Positions 1-12,045 of a stretch of DNA of 64,000 nucleotides are shown here, piece by piece; positions within the stretch are counted from its first letter, which is position 1; the number at the start of each line of letters is the position of its first letter. Below the pieces are notes generated by a model. That model had not been told where the DNA came from, did no database searches, and saw nothing but the letters and a program-made list of their open reading frames with translations. Origin of the DNA: Rebecca billardiae RCC1528 (lineage: Eukaryota > Protista > Haptophyta); contig OZ251241.1 in the NCBI GenBank assembly GCA_965240325.2, forward strand, positions 992,001-1,056,000, read 5' to 3'. Position numbers and translations under genes: made by a program.

Positions 1-465
1 CCCCATCGGGCGCCTTAAGCCTCACTCCAGGATGGCGCCCTCGCTCGTCTCGGCCGAAAAAAGATGGCGGTGCAGAGCCCCGAGTTGAGCCGCGTGGCAA
101 CGGTCGATCTGGGCGGATATGCTGACCTTTTGGTGCCCCCGCGGCCGCGCCAGCCCGCGCCGCAAAACGGAACCGTTGGTTGCGAGGTCGACGGTTGGTC
201 TGTCCGTTACTCTCGTCGTCCTTAAAAAGTTACCCGCCGTGCGACTTGTGCGGGTACGGTGCCGGTTGAGAGGCCTTGGCCGTGGGGCGGCGGAGGGGCG
301 CGGCTGGGCCAAGCCGAAGGGGGGGACTCCGGCCCTTGGCTGGGCCGCGAGCCCGGGCGGCCGGCCGGTGGAACCCGAACACTGAACACGGAGCGGCCGG
401 TGACCACTTTCTTCTACTCGGCTTTTGAGCAGCAGTGGAACGGCGGAGTCGGGACTCCCAGCACC

Positions 466-2697
466 ATGCTCAGCGCGGTCGCGGTCGCGCTGTGTGTCGC
501 GGGCGCGGGGGCGGCGAGGGGTAGGGGCAACCTGCGTGACTCGAACGTGCCCACATCCGAGCAGTTCGCCACATTCAAGGGCAAGTTCGGTAAGAGCTAC
601 AACTCGCCCGCCGAGGAGGCGCAGGCGTTCGCAAACTGGCAGGTGAACGATGTGCTGATCGCCACGCACAACGAGCAGCCGCTGCCGTTCACGATTGGGC
701 ACAACAAGTTCTCGGACATGTCTCCGATGCAGGTGCGGCCCCCATCTCGCGGCGTGCACGCCGCGAGCGCGCCCACCCCTGCATCGCGGCGCGTGACGGT
801 CTGCGTGCGCGCGCCGCGCTGGTGCGCGCGCAGTTCCGCGAGGCCATGCTCACGCCTGACCTGTGGCGGCGCAAGATGGCGATGGACAAGGCGTCGCGTG
901 CGAAGGTGGCCGTGCACAAGAAGGGCGATTACGGGCTGCACGAGATGCTGCCGCAGTCCGTCGACTGGACAGCGATGAATGCGATCACCCAGATCGAGGA
1001 TCAGGGCATGGTGCGTGCGCGCGGCCGGCAGGTGGCGGGCGGAGGGCCGCGAGAGGCGAGGGCGTGCACAGGCACGCGGGCGAGCCAAGTGACGCGTGCG
1101 CCGCGCGCCGCCCCGTCTCGGCCCCCGCGCGCGCGCGTGCGCGCGCGCGCAGTGCGCTGGGTCTTGGGCCTTCTCTGCAGTGGCGTCGATCGAGAGCGCG
1201 CACTTCATCGCGCAGGGGATGAAGGAGGAGTACCCGGTGACGAAGGTCTCGCGGCAGCAGCTGCTCGACTGCGGCTACGGCCCGGCGGGCGCGACCTACT
1301 CCGACCACGGCTGCAAGGGCGGCCTGCCCGCGCACGGCTTTGGCTGGACCCAGATGCACGGCGGCCTCTGCACGGAGGCAGACTACCCGTTCCTCTCGTC
1401 GATGGGCTACCGGCACGCGTGCCGCGTGCGCTCGTGCCAGCAGGCGGTGACCGTGAGCGGGTTCAAGGACGTGCAGAAGTTCGACGAGGACGCGCTGCAG
1501 GACGCCGTCGCGCAGCAGCCCGTCACCGTCGCGATCGCCGCGTCGATGCCCGTCTTTCAGTTCTACGAGGGCGGCGTGTTTGATGATCCGCTCGGCAAGG
1601 CATCGGTTCTGGACCACACGATGGTGGTGGTCGGGTACGGCTCGACGACGGCGGGCGTGAACTACTGGAAGCTCAAGAACTCGTGGGGCACCACGTGGGG
1701 CATGGATGGGTACATGCTGCTCAAGCGCAACGTGAACATGTGCGGCATCGCCACCATGCCCGCGTATCCGATCGGCGTGAAGGTGGTGGAGCCAGATGCA
1801 GAGGCGCCCGTGCCCGAGCCGGCGACGAACAGGCGCGGGCACAACAAGCCGCTCGACCTGCAGCCCACGACTTACGACGGCGCGTGCGCCGTGCCAGCCG
1901 ACGGTGACGTCAAGCTCACCTCGTACCCCTCGGGCAACGTGCGCCGCCCGCGCCACGCTCCGCCACCACGCGCGCGCTTCGCGCGTGCGCGTGCGCGTGC
2001 GCCTGCGCCTGCGCCTGCGCCTGGCGGCAACTCGGCGCTCAGCCGCTCGGCACTCCGCCCGCGCCGCCCCACAGGTGCTGCTGTGGTACGACGGCGAATG
2101 GCACACGGTCTGCCAGGAGGCCGCGAACCCGATGTTTGCGTCGCAGGTGTGCAAGAGGCTCGGCTTCAAGCGCGTCGACTATCAGGGCGACAAGACGCAG
2201 GAGCGCAGGTTCCCCATGGTCTCGTCACCGCACTGCACCGGCACAGAGTCGTCGCTCAACGACTGCCGCTTCGACCAGGTGTACAAGAACGACAAATGCG
2301 ACACGTTCCGCAACATGCTCGCCATGTTCGTGACGTGCGCAGACGGCGAGATGACGGACTACGCGTTCCATTGCGGCTATCAGGCCAACGGTGCGCGCGA
2401 CGACAGCGAGCGCGTGGTGCGCGCGCATGTGATGGGCCGCGCTGACGCACACGCGCGCGTGCCGACCCTTTCCCGCGCCCTTGCGGAGCAGCTGGCACAG
2501 CTAGCTCGAGCGAGCTTCGGAACAGCGCGGCGGCCGCCACGGCGGGGCCGGTGGCATCAGCTCGGCATGTGGAGCTCACCGCGGTGCTGGCAGTGGCGGG
2601 CGTCCTGGCTGTGGCAGCCGGCGCGGCAATCGGCCGCCTTCTCGCCGCGCGGCGGCGCACGGCAAGTGGGGAGGCGCCTGCGCAGCCGCTCGCTTAG
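466..2697 (+). CDS. Papain-family (C1A, cathepsin L-like) protein with signal peptide, I29 prodomain, catalytic Cys->Ser substitution, SRCR domain and C-terminal TM helix; predicted exons 466-732, 834-1010, 1153-1938, 2075-2390, 2492-2697
   Basis: Spliced ORF reads MLSAVAVALCVAGAGA (signal), GHNKFSDMS (prodomain GNFD-like), LPQSVDW, DQGMCAGSWAFSA, GCKGG, LDHTMVVVGYG, YWKLKNSWGTTWGMDGY. SRCR-like segment GNVLLWYDGEWHTVC...QVCKRLGF...CTGTESSLNDC, then hydrophobic LTAVLAVAGVLAVAAGAAIG followed by RRR. All four introns are GT-AG and keep frame. Confidence 0.9.
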
Positions 2698-3234
2698 CTG
2701 TATTACAAATTGGGGGGTGCAGGCGAGTCGCGTGCCGCAGGGCAATGCCCTGCGTGCGCGGAGCGTGCCTGACCAGGGCAGCTTGGGTGCTCGCTGCTGC
2801 TGTGCTGAGGCACTTTGGCGGCGCCTCGGCTGGGTCTTAGTACTGTATTACAAGTACAACTACAAGGCGGTATGATCAATGATGAAGGTATTCGGTGGTT
2901 GCGCGGCGGCGGCGCTGTCGGAGCCCGGATATTATTGATGCCCGATATAGCGCGCTAGAATTAGTAGCTATAGATGAGTATATCCGTAGCACTAGCCACT
3001 AGCACTACTGACTACTCACTAGCAGTGTCAGAATCCGTAGTCCAATCTTAATCTTTATATCGTCTATTTTTTACAATAATTATGCGGCAATAAATTTATA
3101 ATGCGGGCGGCCGTGTGTTTACTGTGTTTACGTGACGAATTGACGTACACGTGCGTGTGACTGTGTGTGTGTGTGTGGTGTGTGAGTGAGTAAGTGAGTG
3201 ACCAGACTCACTGGGACAAAACGGGAGAGGCCCC

Positions 3235-4080
3235 CCGTTCTGAACGTTCTCCAAACGCGTTTGGGGCCTCGCCGTTCCGAACTGGTTTGCTGAACGGCTG
3301 AGTCAGGATCGCACATGAGTGGTCGGTTGTCATCCGGACTGCTAGCTGTAGACGCGCGACTGGCAGTCGCGGCGGGCTGTGCGCCGGCTGGCGCGCCTCG
3401 GTAGACGACGACGCGAGCGCTGACGGCCAGTCGTGGCGAGGAGGCCCTCAGGCCGACTTCATGGCTATGCTAGTGGCAATCAATGAGCTCAGCAGCGTGC
3501 TCGTCAGCAGCGCCGAGCCCGCGCCCGGCCCGGCGCATACGCCCACCTAGCGGCGAGGGGCTGCGGGCGGCGGCCGGAGCAGCCACGAGGCACGTTAGGC
3601 AGTCATAATAAGTATAGCTAACGCGCGCGATACAACCCGAACCGCCGCGGACTGGGCGGCGCCGCCGGCGCCGCCCGACCCGCCAGTGACCACGTCCGCA
3701 CTGACCGCGGACCGTGGTCCTGCGAGTGGCACGGCTGCACTGTTAGACTACTGAGTTGCCGCTGTTAGAGACCGTGGCTCGGAACTGCGTGTCTGACAAT
3801 CTGTATCACTGAGCGTACAACTCGGACAATTGACGTACGAATGACTTACTGACTAGAGTCGGCACGCCCCGACCGCCGCGGGCCAGGGCCGGGCATCGTC
3901 CGCTCCGGCCCGGCCGCCGCTGGCGGCGCCGGCCAGCCAGCCCGGGCTGCACCGGCCGGCGGCCTGCGGCCGGCACCGGCCGCCCGCCGGCAGTGGCGGC
4001 CGATGGAGGCCTGCCGCCGTTCTGAACGTTCTCAAATAACGCGTTTGGGGCCGCGCCGTTCCGAACGGTTTGCCAAACGC
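3235..4080. repeat. Dispersed ~62-bp direct repeat pair (about 3235-3296 and 4017-4079) in a non-coding spacer
   Basis: ccgttctgaacgttctccaaacgcgtttggggcctcgccgttccgaactggtttgc versus ccgttctgaacgttctcaaataacgcgtttggggccgcgccgttccgaacggtttgc; each has aattgacgtac upstream. Confidence 0.8.
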
Positions 4081-4453
4081 TCCCAGTCCCAGTCTGTGTG
4101 TGACTGATGACGCCTGCTAAGTTTGATTTTGAATAAACTGAAAGCCTTTTTACCCCTGCTTGCATGCGCAGCAGGATTACTCGTGAGCAGGAGTATATAT
4201 ATATTAATAATTATATATATATCCGTCATAATAATGTATTATGTGTCGTAATATTATATATATATAATATTGCGCTTATTATTGCTCGATGGCAATCAAT
4301 AATATGCTGAATATTATATATCATCAGCATCCGAATTATTATTGAAATTTTAATTCGGCGCTGCTGACTTGATCGCACGGGCCGCGCAGTGCCGCGCACG
4401 CAGGCGCTCACCCTTCGCAACTCAGTGCAGCTGCGATGCGCACGGTCCTGGTT

Positions 4454-6282
4454 TCATGTCGAGCCGAACTCCGCAGCCCAGGCCTCGTACTTGCTCGCGT
4501 CGACGGCTGTCGGCCTGGTGCGGCTCAGTGCCCGCGCGATGTCCTCGGCCGTCACCTTGCCGACCGGCGGCGGCGGATCGTGCTGGCCCGACTGCGCGCC
4601 CGCGACGGCCCCTCCGCCACGGCGTGCCGCGGCCCCTGGTGCGGTGGCCGCGCTGGCGGAGGCGTCGGCTTGCCGCGACACCTCGAGCTGAGTGAGTAGC
4701 CGGCGCAGCGGCGCCATGGCCGCCTCCTTGCATACCAAGACGAGGTCCGATCCCGAGTAGCCGTCCGTGCGCTCCGCCACCTCCGCAAGCCTGCATCCGT
4801 CCTCGATGCGCTCGGGCGTGAGCAGCTTGTTCAGGATCCAAAGGCGGCCGGATGGCCCTGGCCTGCAGGCGGCGCGAGGGCGGCGCGGCCGCGCGTGTGA
4901 GCGCGCGCCCAATGCTGGCTTCATCCGCAGCAAGATGAGCCTGCTTTGGCACTTCTCGCGTTGGCGCGCGCGCGCACGGGCACGTGCGCGCGCGCACACC
5001 TCGGCACGAGGATGCGCTTCTCGAGCCGGCGGAGCAGCGCGCCGTCGAGCTCCCACGGCAGGTTGGTCGCGCCGAGCACGAACGTGGGCCTCTGCCCGGG
5101 CGCGCCGGCGCTCGTTTGCAAGCCGTCCATCTGGACGAGGAGCTCCGTCTTCATGCGGCGCGAGCCCTCGTGCTCGCCGCCGTCGCCACGCTGGCTCATC
5201 AGCGAGTCGATCTCGTCGATGAAGACGGTCGACGGCGCGTGGTGCCGCGCGAGCTCGAAGAGCACGCGCACCAGCTTCTCCGAGTCGCCGCGCCACTTGG
5301 AGACGATCGTGGACGCGGACACGTTGAAGAAGGTCGTTTCGCACTCCGACGCGACGGCCTTGGCGAGCATCGTCTTGCCCGTGCCCGGCGGGCCGTAGAG
5401 CAGCACGCCGCGCCAGGGCGCGAGCAGCCCGGTGAAGTAGTCGGGGTATTTGAGCGGCAGCACCAGCGACTCCGAGAGCACGCGCTTCACGCCGTCGAGC
5501 TCGGCGATGTCCGACATGCCCACGTTTGGGTTTGCCTGCACGACATCGCGCATGAGCCAGCCGCCGAGATCGCGCAGCTCCGGGTGCATGTGGAAGTGCG
5601 GCGGGAGCGCCTTCTTGAGGCGGTTCTCCCACGTGCTCGCGCCGGGGCCGTCGGCGTCCTCCGCCGCCGCGTCCACCCCGCCCGCGCCCCCCGCCGCGCC
5701 GCCGGCGCCGCCGCCCGCGCCGCCGGCCGCCGTACCCACCAGCCCGAGACCGTCGACGCCGGCCGGAGCCGACGGGGCCGTGGGGGCCGAGCCGTTCGCC
5801 GCGGTGGCCTGGCGCGGCGGCTTGGCGGCCGCGCTTGGGCGCCCATTCCCGCTCGAGACGCGCCGCGCCGCCGCCGCGCCGCCGCCCGCACTCGCGTCGC
5901 CGGCGCCGGCGGCGCGGCGCTGCTCGATGGAGCCGTTGCTCGGGACGCGCGTCAGCGCCTTCTTGGCGGGAGCAGCGCCCGCGGCGCCGACGTCAACGCC
6001 CTGCCCCACGGCCTTCTTCACGAGCTTTGGCTTCCGGTCGAAGCGCATCTCGAAGTACGCCTCGTACTCCTGCACGATCGTCATCAGGTCGACGTTGTCA
6101 GCAACGACGTAGTCGGCAAGCTGCACGCCCGACTCGCTGGCCAGGGACTCGCACGCGCCGCGGTAGCCGTGGTCGAGGAGGTGGTACATGGTGAGCACGA
6201 TCAAATTCTTCCGACGCTCCGCCACGCGCCGCTCCTCCTGCTGCCGCGCCTCGGACTCAGCGCGGCTGCGCGCGCGCTCCAT
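4454..6282 (-). CDS. KATNAL2: Katanin p60 subunit A-like 2 (LisH + AAA ATPase); exons 6282-5000, 4862-4454
   Basis: N-terminal [19 protein letters not shown] (LisH, KATNAL2 type), Walker A GPPGTGKT, pore loop [10 protein letters not shown], Walker [49 protein letters not shown]-terminal [12 protein letters not shown]. Confidence 0.92.
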
Positions 6283-6456
6283 CGCTCCCGCGGCCGTTGC
6301 TCAACTGCGGACCGCCACGAAATCCGCCGAGCCGCGCCGAGCCGACTCCCACCAGGAGCTTGCACGATGGCTGCCCTGCATCTGACGCCCTTGCCTGTGG
6401 CTGCATCAGCATTTCGATTTTCGTCAGAGCCCGCCGGATAAGTTCGTCAAGGCTCG

Positions 6457-8427
6457 ATGTCCGACGAACACAGGCGGGCCATGCCCGTGCCCGACGAGGA
6501 CATGGCGGGGCCCAAGGCTGGGGGAGACGAGGGCTGCGAGAGCTACTACTTCCCGCTCGCGTATGGCCTCGTGTGCGCGCGCGACACTGCGCGGCGCTAC
6601 CTGCTCAAGCAGATCACCGTCACGACGGCGTGGATGCCCACAATCAGTGCGCGGCGCAAGCGCGTGCTCACGCGCTACTTTGAGCTGTGCTCGTTCTGCG
6701 GCGAGGAGCCATTCTACTTCCTCGCCGTGCCGGTGTACATGTGGTTTTGCGACTCTGGGAACGCGGTCCCCCTCGTCCTGCTCTTCCTCGCCAACATCTA
6801 CCTGGGCAACTGGCTGAAGAATCTATTTGGGCTGCCGAGGCCGCCGCCCGCGATGCGTTCTGCAAAGTGCAGTGACTATGGCTGGCCGTCGACGCACTCG
6901 ATGAACGCGGTGGCGCTCCCATTCTACCTGCTGCGCTGCGCCTTCCCGATCGCCGTGTGGGAGTACGAGCAGCCGTGGCGCATGTGGCTGTGCGGAGGTG
7001 CGAAGGCGGAGCGCGCGCGCGCGCGCTCCGCCCAGTGAGGCGCTCGGCCCTCTCAGCCGCGCCCTGCCGCACACCCGCTCGGCGCGCGCCTCCCGCAGCC
7101 GTGGCCACCACGTGGGCCCTCTCCGTCTCGCTCTCGCGCGTCTACCTCGGCGTGCACTCGCCAGCAGATGTACAGGTGAGAGCAGCTCGAGGTCGCGGCC
7201 TCTCAGCCACCGGCTGCGCCCGAGCCGACGCGCATGCTGCCACGCGTGCCGCCGAGCGCCTGCTGCGACTCACCGCCCGACTCCGCACACCGCGCTCGCC
7301 TGCGCGATCCGTGCGCGTGCCACAGGGCGGCATGATGATCGGTGCCGTCGTCCTCCGGCTCTGGCTCTCGGTGCACCGCTCGCTTCACCTGCTGGTCGTT
7401 GGCGCGGGCGTGGCCGAGGCCAGCGTTGTGGCGCACGGCGCGGCAGCGAGCGCGGCCAGCGCCGATGCGGAGCCGCCGTTCGGTTTTTTCCTCTGGCTCA
7501 CGCTGGGCGCGGTGCTGGCGATCATGGCGCACCCGGTTGTCTCGCCGCGCACGAACAGCTTCGCCGAGTCCGTCTCGACGGTCTCCTTCGGCTACGGCTT
7601 CATCGCGGGCACGCGGCTCGCGCGCGGCAACCTCGCTGTGGCGACCACTGCTGAGCACATGGGCGCGACCAACGTGCTGGCGTGCGTCGTGTCGGGCGGG
7701 CTCATCATCGGCGTGACGAAGATGATGTCGGGCTACATCGCGAGGTGCGCGCCGCGCTGCGGCACGGCTTGGCTGCCCGCTTCACACGCGCGAGAGCAGT
7801 CCCGCGCCTCCACGGCCATTCGCGCGCGCGCCCGGCGCGCGAGGCCTGACCGTGCGCCCCCGCCACGCGCGCCTCGCGTCTGGCGCCCCGCGGTGCTGCG
7901 CGTGCGCGCACGCAGCGCGATGATGCGCTACGGGCCCACGCGCCGGCTCGTGCACGCCCTGCTTGTCGGCCTGCCGCTCTGCGCGCTGCTCCGGTCGTGC
8001 GCGCTGGTGGATATTCCCACGAAGGGGGTACGCGCCGCACGCGCCCTCGAAGCGCGCCGCGGCCCGCTGCGCGAGCGCGATGGCTCACCCCTGCCCCGCG
8101 CCCGCCCCTTGGCCCCCATGCACCGCGCGCGCACACACGCAGGGGGCCTTGTTCACGTGCATGTGTGCAGCTGTCTACTGCTCCGAAGTCGGCGAGGGCA
8201 TGCTCTCGCCGCGCCCGGTGTCTGCGCCGAGCCGCTGGCCGGCGCCACAGCCGCCGAGGGCACTCCTGCGACGGCTCTCCTCCGGGGCCAGCAGCGCCGA
8301 CGCGCGCGAGCAGGCCGGTGGCGACAGCGTGGAGGAGGTGATCGGCCGGTTCATCAACTACGCGAGCTGTGGCCTCGCGCTCACGTTGGGTGTGCCAGCG
8401 GCTTTCAGCGCCCTCGGGCTGCGCTGA
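6457..8427 (+). CDS. PAP2-superfamily lipid phosphate phosphatase, sphingosine-1-phosphate phosphatase-like (about 5 exons)
   Basis: All three PAP2 motifs present: KNLFGLPRP, YGWPSTHS, SRVYLGVHSPAD. Also SFCGEEPFY and multiple TM segments. GT-AG introns at about 6998-7098, 7176-7325, 7745-7915, 8028-8142. Confidence 0.85.
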
Positions 8428-8693
8428 ATACGCGATGAATGCCGTCTGTTGTCGGCATTACGAGTGACTCGTGGCTGCCAGTCAGTAACTGCCGACGCAT
8501 CATCATTAATACCCGCGCGTGGATGACTATACCGGCCGTAGCAGTTACGACTGATTATTGACATGAGTCAGACGTCGTCACTCGTCAGTCACTGACTCAG
8601 ATGCCAGACTGACTAGTGACTGTCCTCAGCTGCGCTGAATCGGATCAACATCAGTGGATGGCTCCGTCGCCCAGAAGAACCGGCGGCCACCGG

Positions 8694-9788
8694 TCACTCG
8701 CCATACCACGCGGTCTCGTCGTCGACATTGCGCGTGGCGAACTCCGTCGCGAAGCACGTCGCGCCCAGCCCCTCGTCCCATCCCTCGAGCGGGGGCGCGC
8801 CGTCTGGTGGGCCGAGGCAGAAGACCGAAGTTCCCGAGCCGCTCATCATCGCAACCTTCCAGCCGCGCGAGCGCAGCTCGGCCTTGATGTCGTCGAGGCG
8901 GGGCAGCAGCGAGAGCGCGGGCGGCTCGAGGTCGTTCACGTACGCCCCCGCGTCGAGCAGCCCGCCCGGCGCGCGCATGCGCGAGAGCAGCTCGGTCGGC
9001 TCGGCGGTCGAAAGCGCGCCCAGGTCAAGGGTCTTATACACCAGGCCGGTCGAGAGGCCCTCGGGCGGCTTCAGGACGGTGATGGGGCACGGGCCGAGCG
9101 GCGGGAGCGACTCGATCTGCTCGCCGCGGCCGGTGCAGTACGCCGTGCCGGAGGAGAAGAAGAAGGAGATGTCCGAGCCCAACTCGCCGCCCCACTCGCG
9201 CAAGTCCGCCATCGAGGCCGGATAGCCAGCAAGCCGGTTGGCCGCAAACAGGGCCGCCGCCGCGTCCGCCGAGCCGCCGCCCATGCCCGCCTGCACGGGG
9301 ATGCGCTTGACGAGCTCGACGTGTACGGGCTGCTTCACGCCCGTCTTCTGCGAGAACAGCTCGAGCGCACGCAGCACGAGGTTCGACGAGTCGACGGGCA
9401 CCTCGGCCGCATCCGCCGCTGGCTCACCCTCGAGCATGATCGACATGGACGAGTGCGGCGCGTCGGCCGCGTCGAGGCGCCACACGCGCAGAGTGTCGCC
9501 GAGCGCGAGCGCCTGAAAGAGCGAGGCGAGCTCGTGGTAGCCGTCCTCCCGACGCCGCAGGATACGCAGGAAGAGGTTCACCTTTGATGGCGCGAGCACC
9601 TCGGCGTCCGGGCGTCGACCTGTCGGCACCGAGCTCGCGCGCACGGCGGCGCCCAGCCGCCCGCTGCGCCCAGCGGCTCGTGCCGAAAGAGCGCTATGCG
9701 TCACGTCGCCGGGCAGTGGCGCGAACGCTCCTGCTTCTGTCACCATCGCCGCCAGCGCCAGTAGCGCGCACATCGACGGCGACATCAT
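8694..9788 (-). CDS. ispE: 4-diphosphocytidyl-2-C-methyl-D-erythritol kinase (MEP pathway), plastid-targeted
   Basis: APSKVNLFLRILRRREDGYHELASLFQ, GHMP kinase motif KRIPVQAGMGGGSADAA, LGSDISFF, NDLEPPA, MMSGSGTSVF. Bipartite presequence (signal peptide then AGAFAP). Confidence 0.95.
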   Translation of the reverse strand: MMSPSMCALLALAAMVTEAGAFAPLPGDVTHSALSARAAGRSGRLGAAVRASSVPTGRRPDAEVLAPSKVNLFLRILRRREDGYHELASLFQALALGDTLRVWRLDAADAPHSSMSIMLEGEPAADAAEVPVDSSNLVLRALELFSQKTGVKQPVHVELVKRIPVQAGMGGGSADAAAALFAANRLAGYPASMADLREWGGELGSDISFFFSSGTAYCTGRGEQIESLPPLGPCPITVLKPPEGLSTGLVYKTLDLGALSTAEPTELLSRMRAPGGLLDAGAYVNDLEPPALSLLPRLDDIKAELRSRGWKVAMMSGSGTSVFCLGPPDGAPPLEGWDEGLGATCFATEFATRNVDDETAWYGE

Positions 9789-9999
9789 GGCCGGCGACGA
9801 CGACGCGATCTGTCGATCGCTAATGAGCGCGCGCACGAAACTCCGAAAATGGAAAATACTGGAAAATGGAATTTGCAGCGGCAAAACAAAATGGCGGTCG
9901 TTCAAAACTCAAAAGCTTGCACTGGCGGATCCTCACCTGCTGCTCGGAGCGCGGGCCGCGCGTTAGAGCTTGCCGGCCGCCGCCTCGCCCGCGGGCACG

Positions 10000-11701
10000 A
10001 TGGCGGCGAATGAGGAGTTGCGGCCGATGTTCTGCGACCGGTTCAGCGATTTGGAGGCGATGTACACCGTCGGGCGCAAGCTCGGCGTGGGCAACTTCGC
10101 CAAGGTCGTGCAGGCGAGCACCAACATGGACATGCCTCAGCACGGCCTGAAGGCGGGCGCGCAGGTGGCGATCAAGATCGTCAAGAAGCCGAGCCGCGCG
10201 TCGGTGGACAAGCTCGAGATGCTGCAGGCGGAAATCGACGTGCTCCGCACCATCGAGCACCCCAACCTCGTCCGGCTGTACGAGGTGCATGAGACGGCCG
10301 CGAAGCTGTATCTCGTGATGGAGCTGTGCACGGGCGGCGAGCTCTTCGACAAGATCGTCACGCTGGGCAAGTACACGGAGGAGGACGCGCGCTACTTCAC
10401 GTTCAAGCTGCTCAACGCCGTGCTGTACCTCCACGACAAGAAGATCTGCCACCGCGACCTCAAGCCCGAGAACATCCTGCTCAGCTCGGCGCGCGCCGAC
10501 GCCGAGCTCAAGATCTCCGACTTTGGGCTCAGCCGGATCACGATGGGCAACGGCATGCGCGAGCAGATGCTGCACACGCGGTGCGGCACGCCGGGGTACG
10601 CGGCGCCCGAGGTGCTCGTCTCCGAGCGCGAGACCGGCTCGGGCGGGCGCAACTACGGCCTCGCGTGCGACATGTGGGCGGTCGGCGTGATCACGTACAT
10701 CTTGCTGTGCGCCTCGCCGCCGTTCCACGGCAAGACGGATGCGGAGATGAACGCCAAGGTGAAGCGCGGCGAGTTCGCGTTCCCCGAGCGGTACTGGGGG
10801 CACATCTCGGACTCGGCGAAGGACTTCATCTCCAAGCTCCTCGCCGTCGACCCCGCGAGGCGGCTCACCGCCATGGAGGCGCTGCAGCACGACTGGACGA
10901 CCTCAATCGGCGTGCACACACTCGACCTGCTCGGCCCCGCGTCGCTCTCGCAGGCGGCGTCGGTGCTCACGGCGGACGGGGGCACGGCGAGCTCGACGTT
11001 CCGCGGGCGCATGGGCGCGCTCGCGCGCGAGCGCCGCGCACACCCGGGCCGCGAGCTGCAGGAGCTCCTCGGCCTCCCAGCCGACGAGGAGGTGAGGCGC
11101 GCGCGGACGCGGGCGCGCGCCCGGCGCCGGCGCGCGCGGCGCGTTGTCGGCCGCCGCCGCGCGATCGCGCGATCGCGCCGCGCGCGCCCGCCGCGGCGCG
11201 CTCGGCACGTGCTCGGCCGCCGCCGCGCGATCGACCGCGCGCGCGTGCTCCGCGCGCGAGCGCGGCCGTGCGCCTGCTCAGCGCGGCACCGTGACCCCCG
11301 TTCGCCCGCGCCGCGGCCGGGCGGCGCAGGAGCTCGATCGCTTCCGCTGCACGCACGCGGAGGTGCACGGCGTGCTCCTGATCACGCAGTCCAACGTCGC
11401 GTTCCTCTCGACGACGGAGACGGAGATGGTCGTCCTGCCCGTGCACGCCGTGGTCGCCGTCCGCACCACGCGGTACCAGAAGTGGAACACGCACTCGGAC
11501 AACTCGCTGATGCTCCGGATGGAGAGCGGCAAGACCGAGCAGTTCGACGGCTTCTGGGAGCGCGACGAGTGCCTCAACCTCATCCTCGCAGCGGGACGCT
11601 TCTGTGGGCACACCATCGCGGTGGAGACAGACGGCGAGGACGCGCCGAGCGCGGGCGCCGGCGCTCGCGCGACGCCCTCCAAATCCACGGCCGCGAGCTA
11701 A
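10000..11701 (+). CDS. CAMK-group Ser/Thr protein kinase with C-terminal GRAM (PH-like) domain; exons 10000-11091, 11330-11701
   Basis: LGVGNFAKV, VAIKIVKK, HPNLVRL, MELCTGGELFDKI, HRDLKPEN, DFG, CGTPGYAAPE. After splicing: LLGLPADEEELDRFRC...HGVLLITQSNVAF...FDGFWERDECLNLI, a GRAM-like pattern. Confidence 0.88.
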
Positions 11702-12045
11702 CACAGTCGTCACATGCTGCCGCGGGCGCGGTTACCGAGACGTAACAGGATAGCCGATGCTCGATAGTCGTCGCGCTCGAGTCCACTGCTCGCGACCGGC
11801 AGCGGTGCCTCTCCAGCTCTAGTGGCTCTAGTGAGTAGTGCGCCCTGCCCGCGCATGCCGCCTGTGCGGCTCATCCGACGAGTCATCTGAGTAGTCACTC
11901 TGACTACAAAGTTCGTCCCGCGCGGGACTCGGGTACGGGGTAGTGTCGGGGACCCCTGCAATTTGGCGCCTGCAATCCTGCATCATAGCCGTAGGCTCCG
12001 TGGAAACGTTGGTCGTTTTTCGGGCGGAGGGCGGGAACGAGCATC

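Noticed and set aside
1-250. cc|ttaa sites near the window start as transposon termini
   Set aside because: No partner inverted repeat or coding remnant is visible within the window.
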